In this document: positions 1 through 7,833 of the stretch, in pieces
Numbering within the stretch: the stretch's first letter is position 1
How the letters are laid out: each line of letters begins with the position of its first letter
Source: Candidatus Latescibacterota bacterium
GTDB taxonomy: Bacteria > Latescibacterota > UBA2968
Assembly: GCA_038279365.1 (NCBI GenBank)
Contig: JAYODI010000104.1
Span: forward strand, 1-17,399
Length of the DNA stretch: 17,399 bases
Direction of reading: 5' to 3'
Notes under the pieces: generated by a model
Told to the model about the DNA's origin: nothing
Seen by the model: only the letters and a program-made list of their open reading frames with translations
The model's database searches: none
Program-made: the position numbers and the translations under genes

Positions 1-2
1 GT

Positions 3-91
3 AAAATTAAAAATTAAAAAAGAGAAGGTTTTGGAGTATGTGGTTTGTTGGTGCTGAATTTTTAATTTGAGTTTTTTAATTTTTCATTTCT
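3..91. repeat. Inverted heptamer tandem repeats (AAATTAA/AAATGAA type)
   Basis: AAAATTA x2 at 3-16; opposite-orientation TGAATTT TTAATTT GAGTTTT TTAATTT TTCATTT at 55-89. Confidence 0.6.
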
Positions 92-103
92 TTGGAGTTT
101 GTT

Positions 104-1576
104 ATGCGGGTGGGTTTGATTTCTTTGCTTCATGAGTCGAATACGTTTATTCAAACACCAACGACTTTGGATTTGTTTAAGCGCGATGGTATTGCGGTTG
201 GAAAAGCGATGTATGATCGGTATAAAGGTGGGCACCATGAGGTGAGTGGGTTTATTGAAGGGTTGGAAGCTGAGGGGGTGGATGTGGTGCCTATTTTTCA
301 TGCGGGCACGACGCCTTCGGGGCGCATTACCCGTGAGACATGTGAAGCGTTGGTGACAATGATGTTTGAACAGGTGGATGCCGTGGGGGAATTGGATGGG
401 TATTTGGTAGCACCTCATGGGGCCAATGCGGGTGAGGGCGATGCGTATCGCGATTTGGATGGGTTTTGGTTGGCCAAATTGCGGGCAACTGTGGGAGATG
501 AAAAACCGATTATTTGTACGGTTGATCCACACGCCAATTTATCGCCAAGAATGGTTGATGCTTGTAACGCGACGATTGCGTATCGCTCCAATCCACATTT
601 GGATCAAAAATTGCGCGGGTTGGAAGCGGCGGCGTTGATGGTGCGTACGTTACGTGGAGACATTCACCCTGTGCAACGGGGTGCGTTTCCACCGATGGGC
701 ATGAATATTGAGCGGCAATTGACATCGGCACCGCCGTGTTTGCCGATGTATGAATTGGCGAATAAGATGCTGAATGAATCGGGTGTTTTGTCAAATAGCA
801 TTGTGTTGGGTTTTCCGTATGCCGATGTGGAGGAGATGGGATCTGCATTTGTGGTGGTGACGGATGGGGATGCTGAAAAAGCACAGGTTTTGGCAGATCG
901 GTTGGCACAATATTTTTATGATCATCGGGCTGAATTTGTGGGGGAGTATATTACGATTGAAGATGCGGTGGATCGGGCGGTGGCACAAGAAGGTCCGGTG
1001 TGTTTGTTGGATATGGGCGATAATGTGGGCGGTGGCTCGGCGGCAGATGGAACATTGATTGCCCATGAGTTGCATCGGCGAGGCAATACAACGGGATATG
1101 TGTGTTTGTATGATGTTGAGGCCCAACAAAAAGCGCGTGAGGCAGGCATTGGCAATCGGGTGCGACTTCAGATGGGGGGCAAGACCGATGATATGCATGG
1201 GCCTCCTTTGGAAGCCCATGTGGTGGTGCAAAGTTTTCATGATGGGCATTTTAAAGAATCGGAAGTGCGACATGGTGGGCGTAGTGCATTTAATATGGGT
1301 GAGACGGCGATTGTGAAGACAGATACAGGGCTGACCATTGCTTTGACGTCGCGACGTGTGGTGCCGTTTAGTTTGGGGATGATGACGAGTTGTGGTTTGG
1401 ATCCGGCAGATTTTCAGATATTGGTGGCCAAAGGAGTACATGCACCTGTGGCGGCTTATGCACCTGTGAGTAAGGCGTTGATTCGGGTGGATACACCGGG
1501 GTCTACGACTGCGGATATGCGAAATTTTGAGTATGTGTTTCGGCGCAAGCCGATGTTTCCGTTTGAGGACATTTAG
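104..1576 (+). CDS. M81 family metallopeptidase (MlrC-like)
   Basis: Motifs HESNTF, APHGA, DPHAN, YRSNPHLD, DMGDNVGGG and C-terminal DTPG/RKPMFP match the MlrC/M81 family. ATG at 104 follows GGAG (94-97), preferred over TTG at 92. Confidence 0.9.
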   Translation: MRVGLISLLHESNTFIQTPTTLDLFKRDGIAVGKAMYDRYKGGHHEVSGFIEGLEAEGVDVVPIFHAGTTPSGRITRETCEALVTMMFEQVDAVGELDGYLVAPHGANAGEGDAYRDLDGFWLAKLRATVGDEKPIICTVDPHANLSPRMVDACNATIAYRSNPHLDQKLRGLEAAALMVRTLRGDIHPVQRGAFPPMGMNIERQLTSAPPCLPMYELANKMLNESGVLSNSIVLGFPYADVEEMGSAFVVVTDGDAEKAQVLADRLAQYFYDHRAEFVGEYITIEDAVDRAVAQEGPVCLLDMGDNVGGGSAADGTLIAHELHRRGNTTGYVCLYDVEAQQKAREAGIGNRVRLQMGGKTDDMHGPPLEAHVVVQSFHDGHFKESEVRHGGRSAFNMGETAIVKTDTGLTIALTSRRVVPFSLGMMTSCGLDPADFQILVAKGVHAPVAAYAPVSKALIRVDTPGSTTADMRNFEYVFRRKPMFPFEDI

Positions 1577-1756
1577 GTAAAGAAATACTTCAAATGCTTC
1601 TCGTGTGCCTGTTTGGTCCGCAAAACTCTTGAGGGGATGCACAAAGTAAAATAGCCTATTTGGATTGGAAAAATAACGGCGTTGTAGCTGGACGAAATGG
1701 TGCGGGAAATCATGGTTGTTTGGGGTGATCGGTATTGCGATGCGTGTGAGTGGTTT

Positions 1757-2344
1757 ATGGAAAGATTGTCACAGTTTCAGCATGTGGAATTAAAAACGGG
1801 TGATTTGTTTTGGGTGGGCGCTTTACCTGAAGCGGTTTTAGTGGGTGTGCCATTTGATGCGTTGTGGGATTTGCATCCGGCTCAGTTTCCTGAGATTTTG
1901 ATTCATGGGCGTCGGGTGAAAACGCCGCGTTGGAGTCAGGCTTTTGGGCGGGATTATCGGTTTTCGGGGCAGTTGGCACAGGCCGGTCCAATTCCATTGC
2001 TTTTGAATGGGGTATTGGATTGGTGTCGTGAGGCAATTGATGACCATTTGAACGGGTTGTTGCTCAATTGGTATGACGGGACATTGGGGCATTATATTGG
2101 CAAACATCGCGATAAAACAACGGGGATGGTGATGGGGTCACCAATTGTGACGGTTTCTTTTGGCGAAGCGCGGGTGTTTCGGTTGCGCGAGTGGAAAGGA
2201 ACGGAGACGGTAGACTTTGTTGCTGAGCATGGGTCGGTTTTTGTGGTGCCATATGAGATGAATAAACGATGGACACACGAAGTTCCAAAGTCGGCGCGTT
2301 ATTTGGGGAAACGGGTTTCGGTGACGATGCGGGCGTTTGAATAG
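1757..2344 (+). CDS. AlkB-family Fe(II)/2-oxoglutarate dioxygenase (ALKBH2/3-like)
   Basis: TPRW, LLNWY (N-x-Y), IGKHRD (HxD), VSFGEARVF, WTHEVPK (distal His), RVSVTMR (RxxxxxR). Start uncertain: ATG 1697, 1712 or 1757. Confidence 0.88.
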   Translation: MERLSQFQHVELKTGDLFWVGALPEAVLVGVPFDALWDLHPAQFPEILIHGRRVKTPRWSQAFGRDYRFSGQLAQAGPIPLLLNGVLDWCREAIDDHLNGLLLNWYDGTLGHYIGKHRDKTTGMVMGSPIVTVSFGEARVFRLREWKGTETVDFVAEHGSVFVVPYEMNKRWTHEVPKSARYLGKRVSVTMRAFE

Positions 2345-2349
2345 GGGCA

Positions 2350-2445
2350 GGCAAACGGCAAATGTTAGACGGCAAACATGATGCGATCTCCCCATTAGGA
2401 TGAAGGCTTCACGTTTGCCATTTGCCGTTTCACTTTTCACTTTTT
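2350..2445. repeat. Inverted heptamer tandem repeats (GGCAAAC type) forming a long hairpin
   Basis: GGCAAAC GGCAAAT GTTAGAC GGCAAAC (2350-2377) versus GCTTCAC GTTTGCC ATTTGCC GTTTCAC TTTTCAC (2406-2440); perfect 12-bp arms at 2353-2364 and 2419-2430. Confidence 0.8.
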
Positions 2446-2456
2446 AAAGAGGTTTT

Positions 2457-3224
2457 ATGAAGATTTTATTGACGAATGATGACAGTTTGGATTCGCCTTT
2501 GTTTTTGTTTGCGGTGGATTATTTTCGCAAGATGGGTGAGGTAAAGGTGGTGGTGCCCACAGAGGAGCAAAGTTGGAAGGGCAAGTCGATGACGCGGTTT
2601 GGTAAGTTGACTGCAAAATCTCTGGATGGGTTTGGTTGTGAAGCATATGGTTTTTCGGGTACGCCTGCCGATTGTGCAAATTATGGTATTTATCATGTGT
2701 TTGATGAAAAGCCCGATTTGGTGGTTTCGGGTATTAATATGGGGTCGAATGTGGGGTTGAGTTTTATGATTTCTTCGGGCACTGTTGGTGCAGGCTTGGA
2801 GGCCAATATTGCAGGTATTCCAGCGGTTGCGTTGTCACAGGTGTTGCCTTCGGAGGCGTTTCATTATTGGAATGACCATCGTAAATTGTTGCCCGAATTG
2901 CAGGCGCGTTTGTTTGAACAGATGCGTGAGATGATTGGGCGCGTGTTTGGTTTTTTGGGTACAAAGGCGGGTTGGTTACAAGAGCCTGTGACTTGGAATG
3001 TGAATATGCCTGCAATGGGTACATCGGGTTGGGATGTGAAGGAGACGACGTTGGGGCACACGTTCTATACGTCGTGTTTTAAACAAGAAGGGGATGTGTA
3101 TCAGCATAACATTGATAGCCCAGTTTTGGATGAGGAGGCGGGGTCGGATGGGGTGACTGTGCGTGATGGACATGTGAGTGTGACGCGGTTGGATTTGCGG
3201 GTGATGGGGCAGAAGATCAATTAA
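2457..3224 (+). CDS. surE: 5'/3'-nucleotidase SurE
   Basis: MKILLTNDD, EQS, GTPADC, PDLVVSGINMGSNVG, SGTVGA, NVNMP and GHVSVTRL signatures. AAGAGG RBS upstream. Confidence 0.9.
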   Translation: MKILLTNDDSLDSPLFLFAVDYFRKMGEVKVVVPTEEQSWKGKSMTRFGKLTAKSLDGFGCEAYGFSGTPADCANYGIYHVFDEKPDLVVSGINMGSNVGLSFMISSGTVGAGLEANIAGIPAVALSQVLPSEAFHYWNDHRKLLPELQARLFEQMREMIGRVFGFLGTKAGWLQEPVTWNVNMPAMGTSGWDVKETTLGHTFYTSCFKQEGDVYQHNIDSPVLDEEAGSDGVTVRDGHVSVTRLDLRVMGQKIN

Positions 3225-3237
3225 AATTACGGACGCT

Positions 3238-3284
3238 GTAGGGTGGGTTCACTACGTTCACTGTGGGCTTTGCCCGTGCGCCTG
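3238..3284 (+). repeat. Possible degenerate GTAG-type REP-like element
   Basis: Begins GTAGGGTGGG 13 nt after the surE stop; GTTCACT direct repeat; small GGGC-TTT-GCCC hairpin. Single copy in the window. Confidence 0.3.
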
Positions 3285-3286
3285 TG

Positions 3287-3310
3287 AGAAATGAAAAATT
3301 AAAAATGAAA
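3287..3310 (+). repeat. Heptamer tandem repeat AAATGAA AAATTAA AAATGAA
   Basis: Three units at 3289-3309; 3287-3305 is an exact 19-nt reverse complement of 73-91. Confidence 0.6.
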
Positions 3311-3327
3311 TCTTGTTTGGAGGATAT

Positions 3328-4203
3328 ATGAGTGATTTTGAAGGGGTGGTGCCTGCACTTCCGACACCAATGGATTCATCTGGTGCGTTTAATGAAGATG
3401 TGTTTCGGAAGGTTGTTGAGTTTAATATTGCGTCGGGTGTGCATGGGTTTTGGGTGGCGGGAGGTACGGGGGAGAGTGTGTTGTTGGAAGATGATGAAAA
3501 CAAAGCTGTGGCCAAGGCGGTGGTGGATCAGTCGGCTGGACGGGTGAAGATTATTATGCATGTGGGTGCACCAACAACGGATCGGGCGGTAAAGTTGGCC
3601 GAACATGCGGCAAAGGTGGGAGCCGATGCACTTTGTTGTGTGCCGCCATTTTTTTATCGGCGAAGTGATGCCGAAATTGCCGAGCATTATCGCATTGTGG
3701 CAGAAGCGGCTGATTTGCCTTTGTTTGTGTATAACTTGCCCAGTGCTACGGGTGTGGAGATTACACCAGGGATGATGCAGGCGATTCAGGATCGGGTGCC
3801 ACACCTGAAGGGGTTGAAACACTCGGCCATGACATTTGCAAATATTCGCACGTTTGCCAACATGGGGTTGTCGTGTTTTGTGGGGAGCCATCGGTTGATG
3901 TTGCCTGCTATGACGGTCGGCGCGTGTGGGTGTGTGGATGGACCTTTAAGTGTATGGCCTGAGATTTGGGTGGCTATTTGGAAGGCGTATCAAGCGGGTA
4001 ATTGGAATGAAGCTATAACATTACAAGAGCAGGGATCTGTGATTTATGAAAAGCTGGGTGCAAAAGGTGGGCCGTTTCAGGCGTTGATTAAGGCGGCGTT
4101 AAGTGTGCGGTTGGGTGTGGATTGTGGGCATTTGCGCCCACCAGGGTTGCCACTAAGTGATGAACAGCGGGCACATATTGCTGAGGTGATGGCAACGGTT
4201 TAG
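3328..4203 (+). CDS. Dihydrodipicolinate synthase / N-acetylneuraminate lyase family class I aldolase
   Basis: ALPTPM, GGTGES (GxxGE), VPPFFY, YNLP (catalytic Tyr), GLKHS (Schiff-base Lys). GGAGGA RBS before ATG 3328. Confidence 0.88.
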   Translation: MSDFEGVVPALPTPMDSSGAFNEDVFRKVVEFNIASGVHGFWVAGGTGESVLLEDDENKAVAKAVVDQSAGRVKIIMHVGAPTTDRAVKLAEHAAKVGADALCCVPPFFYRRSDAEIAEHYRIVAEAADLPLFVYNLPSATGVEITPGMMQAIQDRVPHLKGLKHSAMTFANIRTFANMGLSCFVGSHRLMLPAMTVGACGCVDGPLSVWPEIWVAIWKAYQAGNWNEAITLQEQGSVIYEKLGAKGGPFQALIKAALSVRLGVDCGHLRPPGLPLSDEQRAHIAEVMATV

Positions 4204-4220
4204 GTTATGATGTACAGCAC

Positions 4221-4255
4221 AAGCGGGTAATGTATAAACATTACCCGCTTTTTTT
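4221..4255 (+). terminator. Rho-independent terminator between convergent genes
   Basis: Perfect 13-bp stem AAGCGGGTAATGT (4221-4233) / ACATTACCCGCTT (4238-4250), 4-nt loop, followed by a T-run; 17 nt after the aldolase stop. Confidence 0.88.
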
Positions 4256-4271
4256 GTGATATACAATTTGC

Positions 4272-5060
4272 TTATGCGGTTTGACCCATGAGTTCGTTCC
4301 AACATTGGCGGCGAATTTGGCGCTCTTTGTAGTGGTCGCTTTGAGAGACACCAATGGGGTTGGCAAAGGTGAGGATGTTGTTGGCATCTTCGGCTTTGTC
4401 TTTTTTGTTCCAGTCGCGCGGTGCGTTGAGGGCTTCTGGGTCATGATTCCACGTGGGTGCTGTGTTGGGACTGTTGCGACCAAAGAGAAACTTGATCATG
4501 TGGCGTTTTACATTTGATCGGTTGGCAGCGGTGCCGTGCCACAGGTCGTAGTGGGTAAAGGCGATGGTGCCTGCTTTGACAACGCAAGGAACTTGGCCAC
4601 GAATGTTGGTGTAGGTGGCCATGCGGTCTGTGGGGGCATTGCGAAATTGGGTGCCGGGTACAATGACTGTGGGCCCCATGTCGGGTGTGATGTCTGTGGG
4701 ATAATAGAGACCCAAGAAGCGATTGATGCTGGTGTCGCGTCTGTTGACACTGTCTTGATGCCATTGCATATGACCTGAATTGGGTAACTTACAGTGCCAG
4801 TGGCGATGGGCTTGAACAATGTAGTCGTGGCCGAGCAGGCTGGTGAGCACGCCTTGGGTAGCGGGGTGTTCGAGCACTTGGTTGAGTTCGGGCACAACAT
4901 CGGTGATGGCATCACCGGGGTTGTAGTCGAGGGCGTCGAGTTGTTGAGCGATGGATTCGTTGAGGCCACTGGGCAGATCGAGCTGGACCATGTGATAGCC
5001 TGTGACGATGAATTTGGCAACGTCTACATCGCTGAGTAAATATTGTTTATCGGTTGTCAT
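4272..5060 (-). CDS. Phytanoyl-CoA dioxygenase (PhyH) family Fe(II)/2OG dioxygenase
   Basis: F..TGY N-terminal motif, WHQD (HxD), DMGPTVIVPGTQ, AGTIAFTHYDLWHG (distal His), RHMIKF. ATG at 5060 with GGAGG RBS, ATGA overlap with the upstream gene's stop. Confidence 0.87.
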   Translation of the reverse strand: MTTDKQYLLSDVDVAKFIVTGYHMVQLDLPSGLNESIAQQLDALDYNPGDAITDVVPELNQVLEHPATQGVLTSLLGHDYIVQAHRHWHCKLPNSGHMQWHQDSVNRRDTSINRFLGLYYPTDITPDMGPTVIVPGTQFRNAPTDRMATYTNIRGQVPCVVKAGTIAFTHYDLWHGTAANRSNVKRHMIKFLFGRNSPNTAPTWNHDPEALNAPRDWNKKDKAEDANNILTFANPIGVSQSDHYKERQIRRQCWNELMGQTA

Positions 5061-5350
5061 GGTGATACAACCTCCATTTTCTGAAGGATGAATTCGTAAC
5101 CGACCACGTCTAAGTCGCGGTCGTCGAAGGGGGCTTGTAGGTGTGGAAATTGTACAATTTGCCAACCGTCTATGATGGCATCGTGCACAGTGTTGTAGGG
5201 CCAGTCTTGTTCGGTGGCGGTGATTTCCGGGCGAAAGCCTTTGATGGGTTCGATGGGCGTATAGCCTAAGATGTCGGAAAAAACGCTGGGGGTACGGGCA
5301 TGAAGATAGAGCAAGCGTTGGCGAGGTTGGGTGGATGGATCTTGGGACAT
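5057..5350 (-). CDS. Hypothetical protein (97 aa), translationally coupled to the PhyH gene
   Basis: AAAAAGGAG RBS before ATG 5350; globular-looking sequence (PYNTVHDAIIDGWQIVQFP...GYEFILQK); its stop overlaps the PhyH start. Confidence 0.75.
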   Translation of the reverse strand: MSQDPSTQPRQRLLYLHARTPSVFSDILGYTPIEPIKGFRPEITATEQDWPYNTVHDAIIDGWQIVQFPHLQAPFDDRDLDVVGYEFILQKMEVVSP

Positions 5351-5481
5351 AAATTTGGGCTCCTTTTTTAGGAGGAAGTTAATGTGGTTTTGCGAGAAGA
5401 TCAAGATTATATTTGAGATGAAGGAGTTGCACACATTTTTTTAAACACCCTCAAAAAGAACAGGCGATTAGGAGGATAACA

Positions 5482-5868
5482 ATGTCTGATTATTTAATAG
5501 ATGGTCAGTTGGTAGATGATGAAAAGGATGGGGATTGGATTGAGTATTTTGCCAATGGGAACAAGCGGCGTGAAGGAAAGTATGTGGATGGTAAGAAAGA
5601 GGGAAAGTGGATTTTGTATCATCCCAATGGCAATAAAAAGAGTGAGGCAACATTTCGCAATGGATTGTTTGAAGGGTGGTATGTGGCATATCATAAAAAT
5701 GGAAATACATTTCGGGCGGGTGATTATGGTCCTCATGAAGGCAAGTCGTATGATGGGCGCAAAGAAGGGGTTTGGCACGATTATGCCGAAGATGGAAAAA
5801 CGGTGCGCCAGCAGGTGACTTATAAACATGGCAAGATTGTAGAACGGATGGTTTTTGAGGTGGATTGA
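5482..5868 (+). CDS. MORN-variant repeat protein (YwqK-like)
   Basis: About four ~24-aa repeats of G-x-W-x-x-Y-x-x-N-G-x-K...G-x-Y-x-x-G; AGGAGG RBS; no signal peptide. Confidence 0.85.
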   Translation: MSDYLIDGQLVDDEKDGDWIEYFANGNKRREGKYVDGKKEGKWILYHPNGNKKSEATFRNGLFEGWYVAYHKNGNTFRAGDYGPHEGKSYDGRKEGVWHDYAEDGKTVRQQVTYKHGKIVERMVFEVD

Positions 5869-5907
5869 GTGTGATTTTTATTTTGTGTTGGCATGGGAGT
5901 GTTTGAT

Positions 5908-7131
5908 ATGTGGATTGTTCGTGTGTGTTGTTGTTGGGTGATGATGGGATGGTGTGTGGGTGCTGAAGATATGCTTGCTCATATGTGGGCCATTCACAAG
6001 ATTGATGATTCTTTGGCGGGTGCTGATGGGGTGCGGTTGTTGGATGTGAATGGTGATGGTTTGATGGATATTACAACGGGTTGGGAAGAAGGCGATATGA
6101 CGCGGGTGTATTTGCACCCTGGGTATGAGCGGGTGAAGTCTAAGTGGCCAGCGGTGACGGTTGGTGAAACGCCTTCGGTTGAAGACGCGGTCTTTGTCGA
6201 TTTGGATCAAGATGGTGCGGTGGATGTGGTGAGCAGTTGTGAAGGACACATGCAATGCATGTTTGTGCATTGGGCACCGCGCGATTCGGCCGATTATTTG
6301 AATGCCGAGTTGTGGCAAACAGAAAAGATTTTGGCAACAGAAGGTTATACGCAGTGGATGTTTGCATTGCCGATGCAAATAGATGGCAAAAATGGCCCTG
6401 ATTTGATTGTGGGATCGAAGGGAAAAAATGGGCTTGTGGGGTGGTTGCAGGCACCGGCCAATGCGCGTGATTTGGGTGCTTGGAAATTGCACAAACTGTA
6501 TACTGCGGGTTGGATTATGTCATTGATGCCCGTGGATATGGATGAAGATGGTGATTTGGATGTGGTGGTGTCTGATCGCAAAGGGGATAATCGGGGTGTT
6601 TTGTGGTTGGAGAATCCAGGTATTGTTGCATCTGAACAGGTTTGGGCGGAACACCGCATCGGTGCAAATGGTCAGGAGGTGATGTTTTTGGATGTGGCTG
6701 ATTTAGATGGCGACAAACGCAAGGATATTATTGTGGCTGTCAAGCCCGATGAGATTCATTGGTTTCGACATCCGGAAAATGTGTTGCAAAAGTGGGAAGC
6801 ACATACCATGCAGGTGCAATTGCCCAGTGGGATGGGAACTGCGAAGGCTGTGCGGGTGGGGGATATGAATATGGATGGGCGTGTCGATATTGTGTATTCG
6901 TGTGAACAAGCGAACCCGCCCAAACATGGGGTGGTGTGGTTACGTTATGTGGATACACCAGCCGATAGCCAATGGTTTGTGAATGAAATCAGTGGGCCTA
7001 TTGGGATTAAATATGATCGGTTAGAGTTGTTGGATTTGGATGGGGATGGCGATTTGGATGTGTTGACGTGTGAAGAACGTCATGAGGGCAAAGGCTTGGG
7101 TGTGTTTTGGTATGAAAATCCTTTGAAATGA
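5908..7131 (+). CDS. Secreted FG-GAP/VCBS repeat beta-propeller protein
   Basis: Repeated Ca-binding loops DVNGDGLMD, DLDQDGAVD, IDGKNGPD, DMDEDGDLD, DLDGDKRKD, DMNMDGRVD, DLDGDGDLD; W-x-ENP motifs; N-terminal signal-like segment. GGAG favours ATG 5908 over 5893. Confidence 0.85.
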   Translation: MWIVRVCCCWVMMGWCVGAEDMLAHMWAIHKIDDSLAGADGVRLLDVNGDGLMDITTGWEEGDMTRVYLHPGYERVKSKWPAVTVGETPSVEDAVFVDLDQDGAVDVVSSCEGHMQCMFVHWAPRDSADYLNAELWQTEKILATEGYTQWMFALPMQIDGKNGPDLIVGSKGKNGLVGWLQAPANARDLGAWKLHKLYTAGWIMSLMPVDMDEDGDLDVVVSDRKGDNRGVLWLENPGIVASEQVWAEHRIGANGQEVMFLDVADLDGDKRKDIIVAVKPDEIHWFRHPENVLQKWEAHTMQVQLPSGMGTAKAVRVGDMNMDGRVDIVYSCEQANPPKHGVVWLRYVDTPADSQWFVNEISGPIGIKYDRLELLDLDGDGDLDVLTCEERHEGKGLGVFWYENPLK

Positions 7132-7164
7132 TAATGGTGAATAAAGAGGGTATTGGGAGCATTT

Positions 7165-7833
7165 ATGGTTATTGATATAAAAGAAATAACGTTTGTTGCA
7201 ACAAAAGAGAAAGGCGAGGTGTCGGCTCTTCTGTCAAAACCGCGTGGTGCGAAGGCATTGTTGGTGCTTGGGCACGGCGCAGGTACCAATATGCGACATA
7301 CATTTATGGCGGCATTAAGCGATGCACTCAATGCGGTGGGGGTTGCAACGTTTCGGTTTAACTATCCGTATTCTGAAAAGGGTGGTGGGATGGACGGTGA
7401 GAAAGTGCGCCTGGCCACGGTGCGTGCGGCGGTGGAAAAGGCGAAGACGTTGGCGAAGGGATTGCCTGTGTTTGCAGGTGGGCATTCCATGAGTGGGCGT
7501 ATGTTTTCAATGGCTGTTGCACAAGAGGCAATTGAGGGCTTGAAAGGCATTGTGTTTTTTGCGTTTCCACTTTATGCGAGCAAACCGAATACGGAACGTG
7601 CGGAGCATTTGAAAGCGGTGAATGTGCCAATGTTGTTTTTGTCGGGACAGCGTGATAAAATGGCAGACTTGAAATTGCTGGCTCCTGTGGTGAAGAAGCT
7701 GAAAGATGCGACCCTACACGAGGTGGACACGGCAGATCATGGGTTTAAGGTGTTGAAGCGCCGTGCGACAGAAGAGCCTGTGATAGATGAATTGGCGCGG
7801 GTGGCTGGAGAATGGATGTTGGCGAATGTGTAA
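7165..7833 (+). CDS. Alpha/beta hydrolase (KANL3/Tex30-like, dienelactone-hydrolase-like)
   Basis: GHGAG, RFNYPY, nucleophile elbow GGHSMSGR, FPL, GQRD (Asp), DTADH (His). GGGAG RBS before ATG 7165. Confidence 0.85.
   Translation: MVIDIKEITFVATKEKGEVSALLSKPRGAKALLVLGHGAGTNMRHTFMAALSDALNAVGVATFRFNYPYSEKGGGMDGEKVRLATVRAAVEKAKTLAKGLPVFAGGHSMSGRMFSMAVAQEAIEGLKGIVFFAFPLYASKPNTERAEHLKAVNVPMLFLSGQRDKMADLKLLAPVVKKLKDATLHEVDTADHGFKVLKRRATEEPVIDELARVAGEWMLANV

Noticed and set aside
104-1576. Microcystin degradation (mlr) cluster
   Set aside because: Only an MlrC-family gene is present; no mlrA, mlrB or mlrD, and the family is widespread.
2350-2445. Possible CRISPR array or MITE
   Set aside because: Units are 7 nt without unique spacers; no cas or transposase gene, and no clear target-site duplication.
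5061-5165. Longer N-terminus for the PhyH ORF as given in the ORF track
   Set aside because: It overlaps the 97-aa gene; ATG 5060 has a GGAGG RBS and an ATGA coupling.
5360-5374. CTCCT-TTTTT-AGGAG mini-hairpin overlapping the RBS of the 97-aa gene
   Set aside because: Only a 5-bp stem, expected by chance; no riboswitch-like context.
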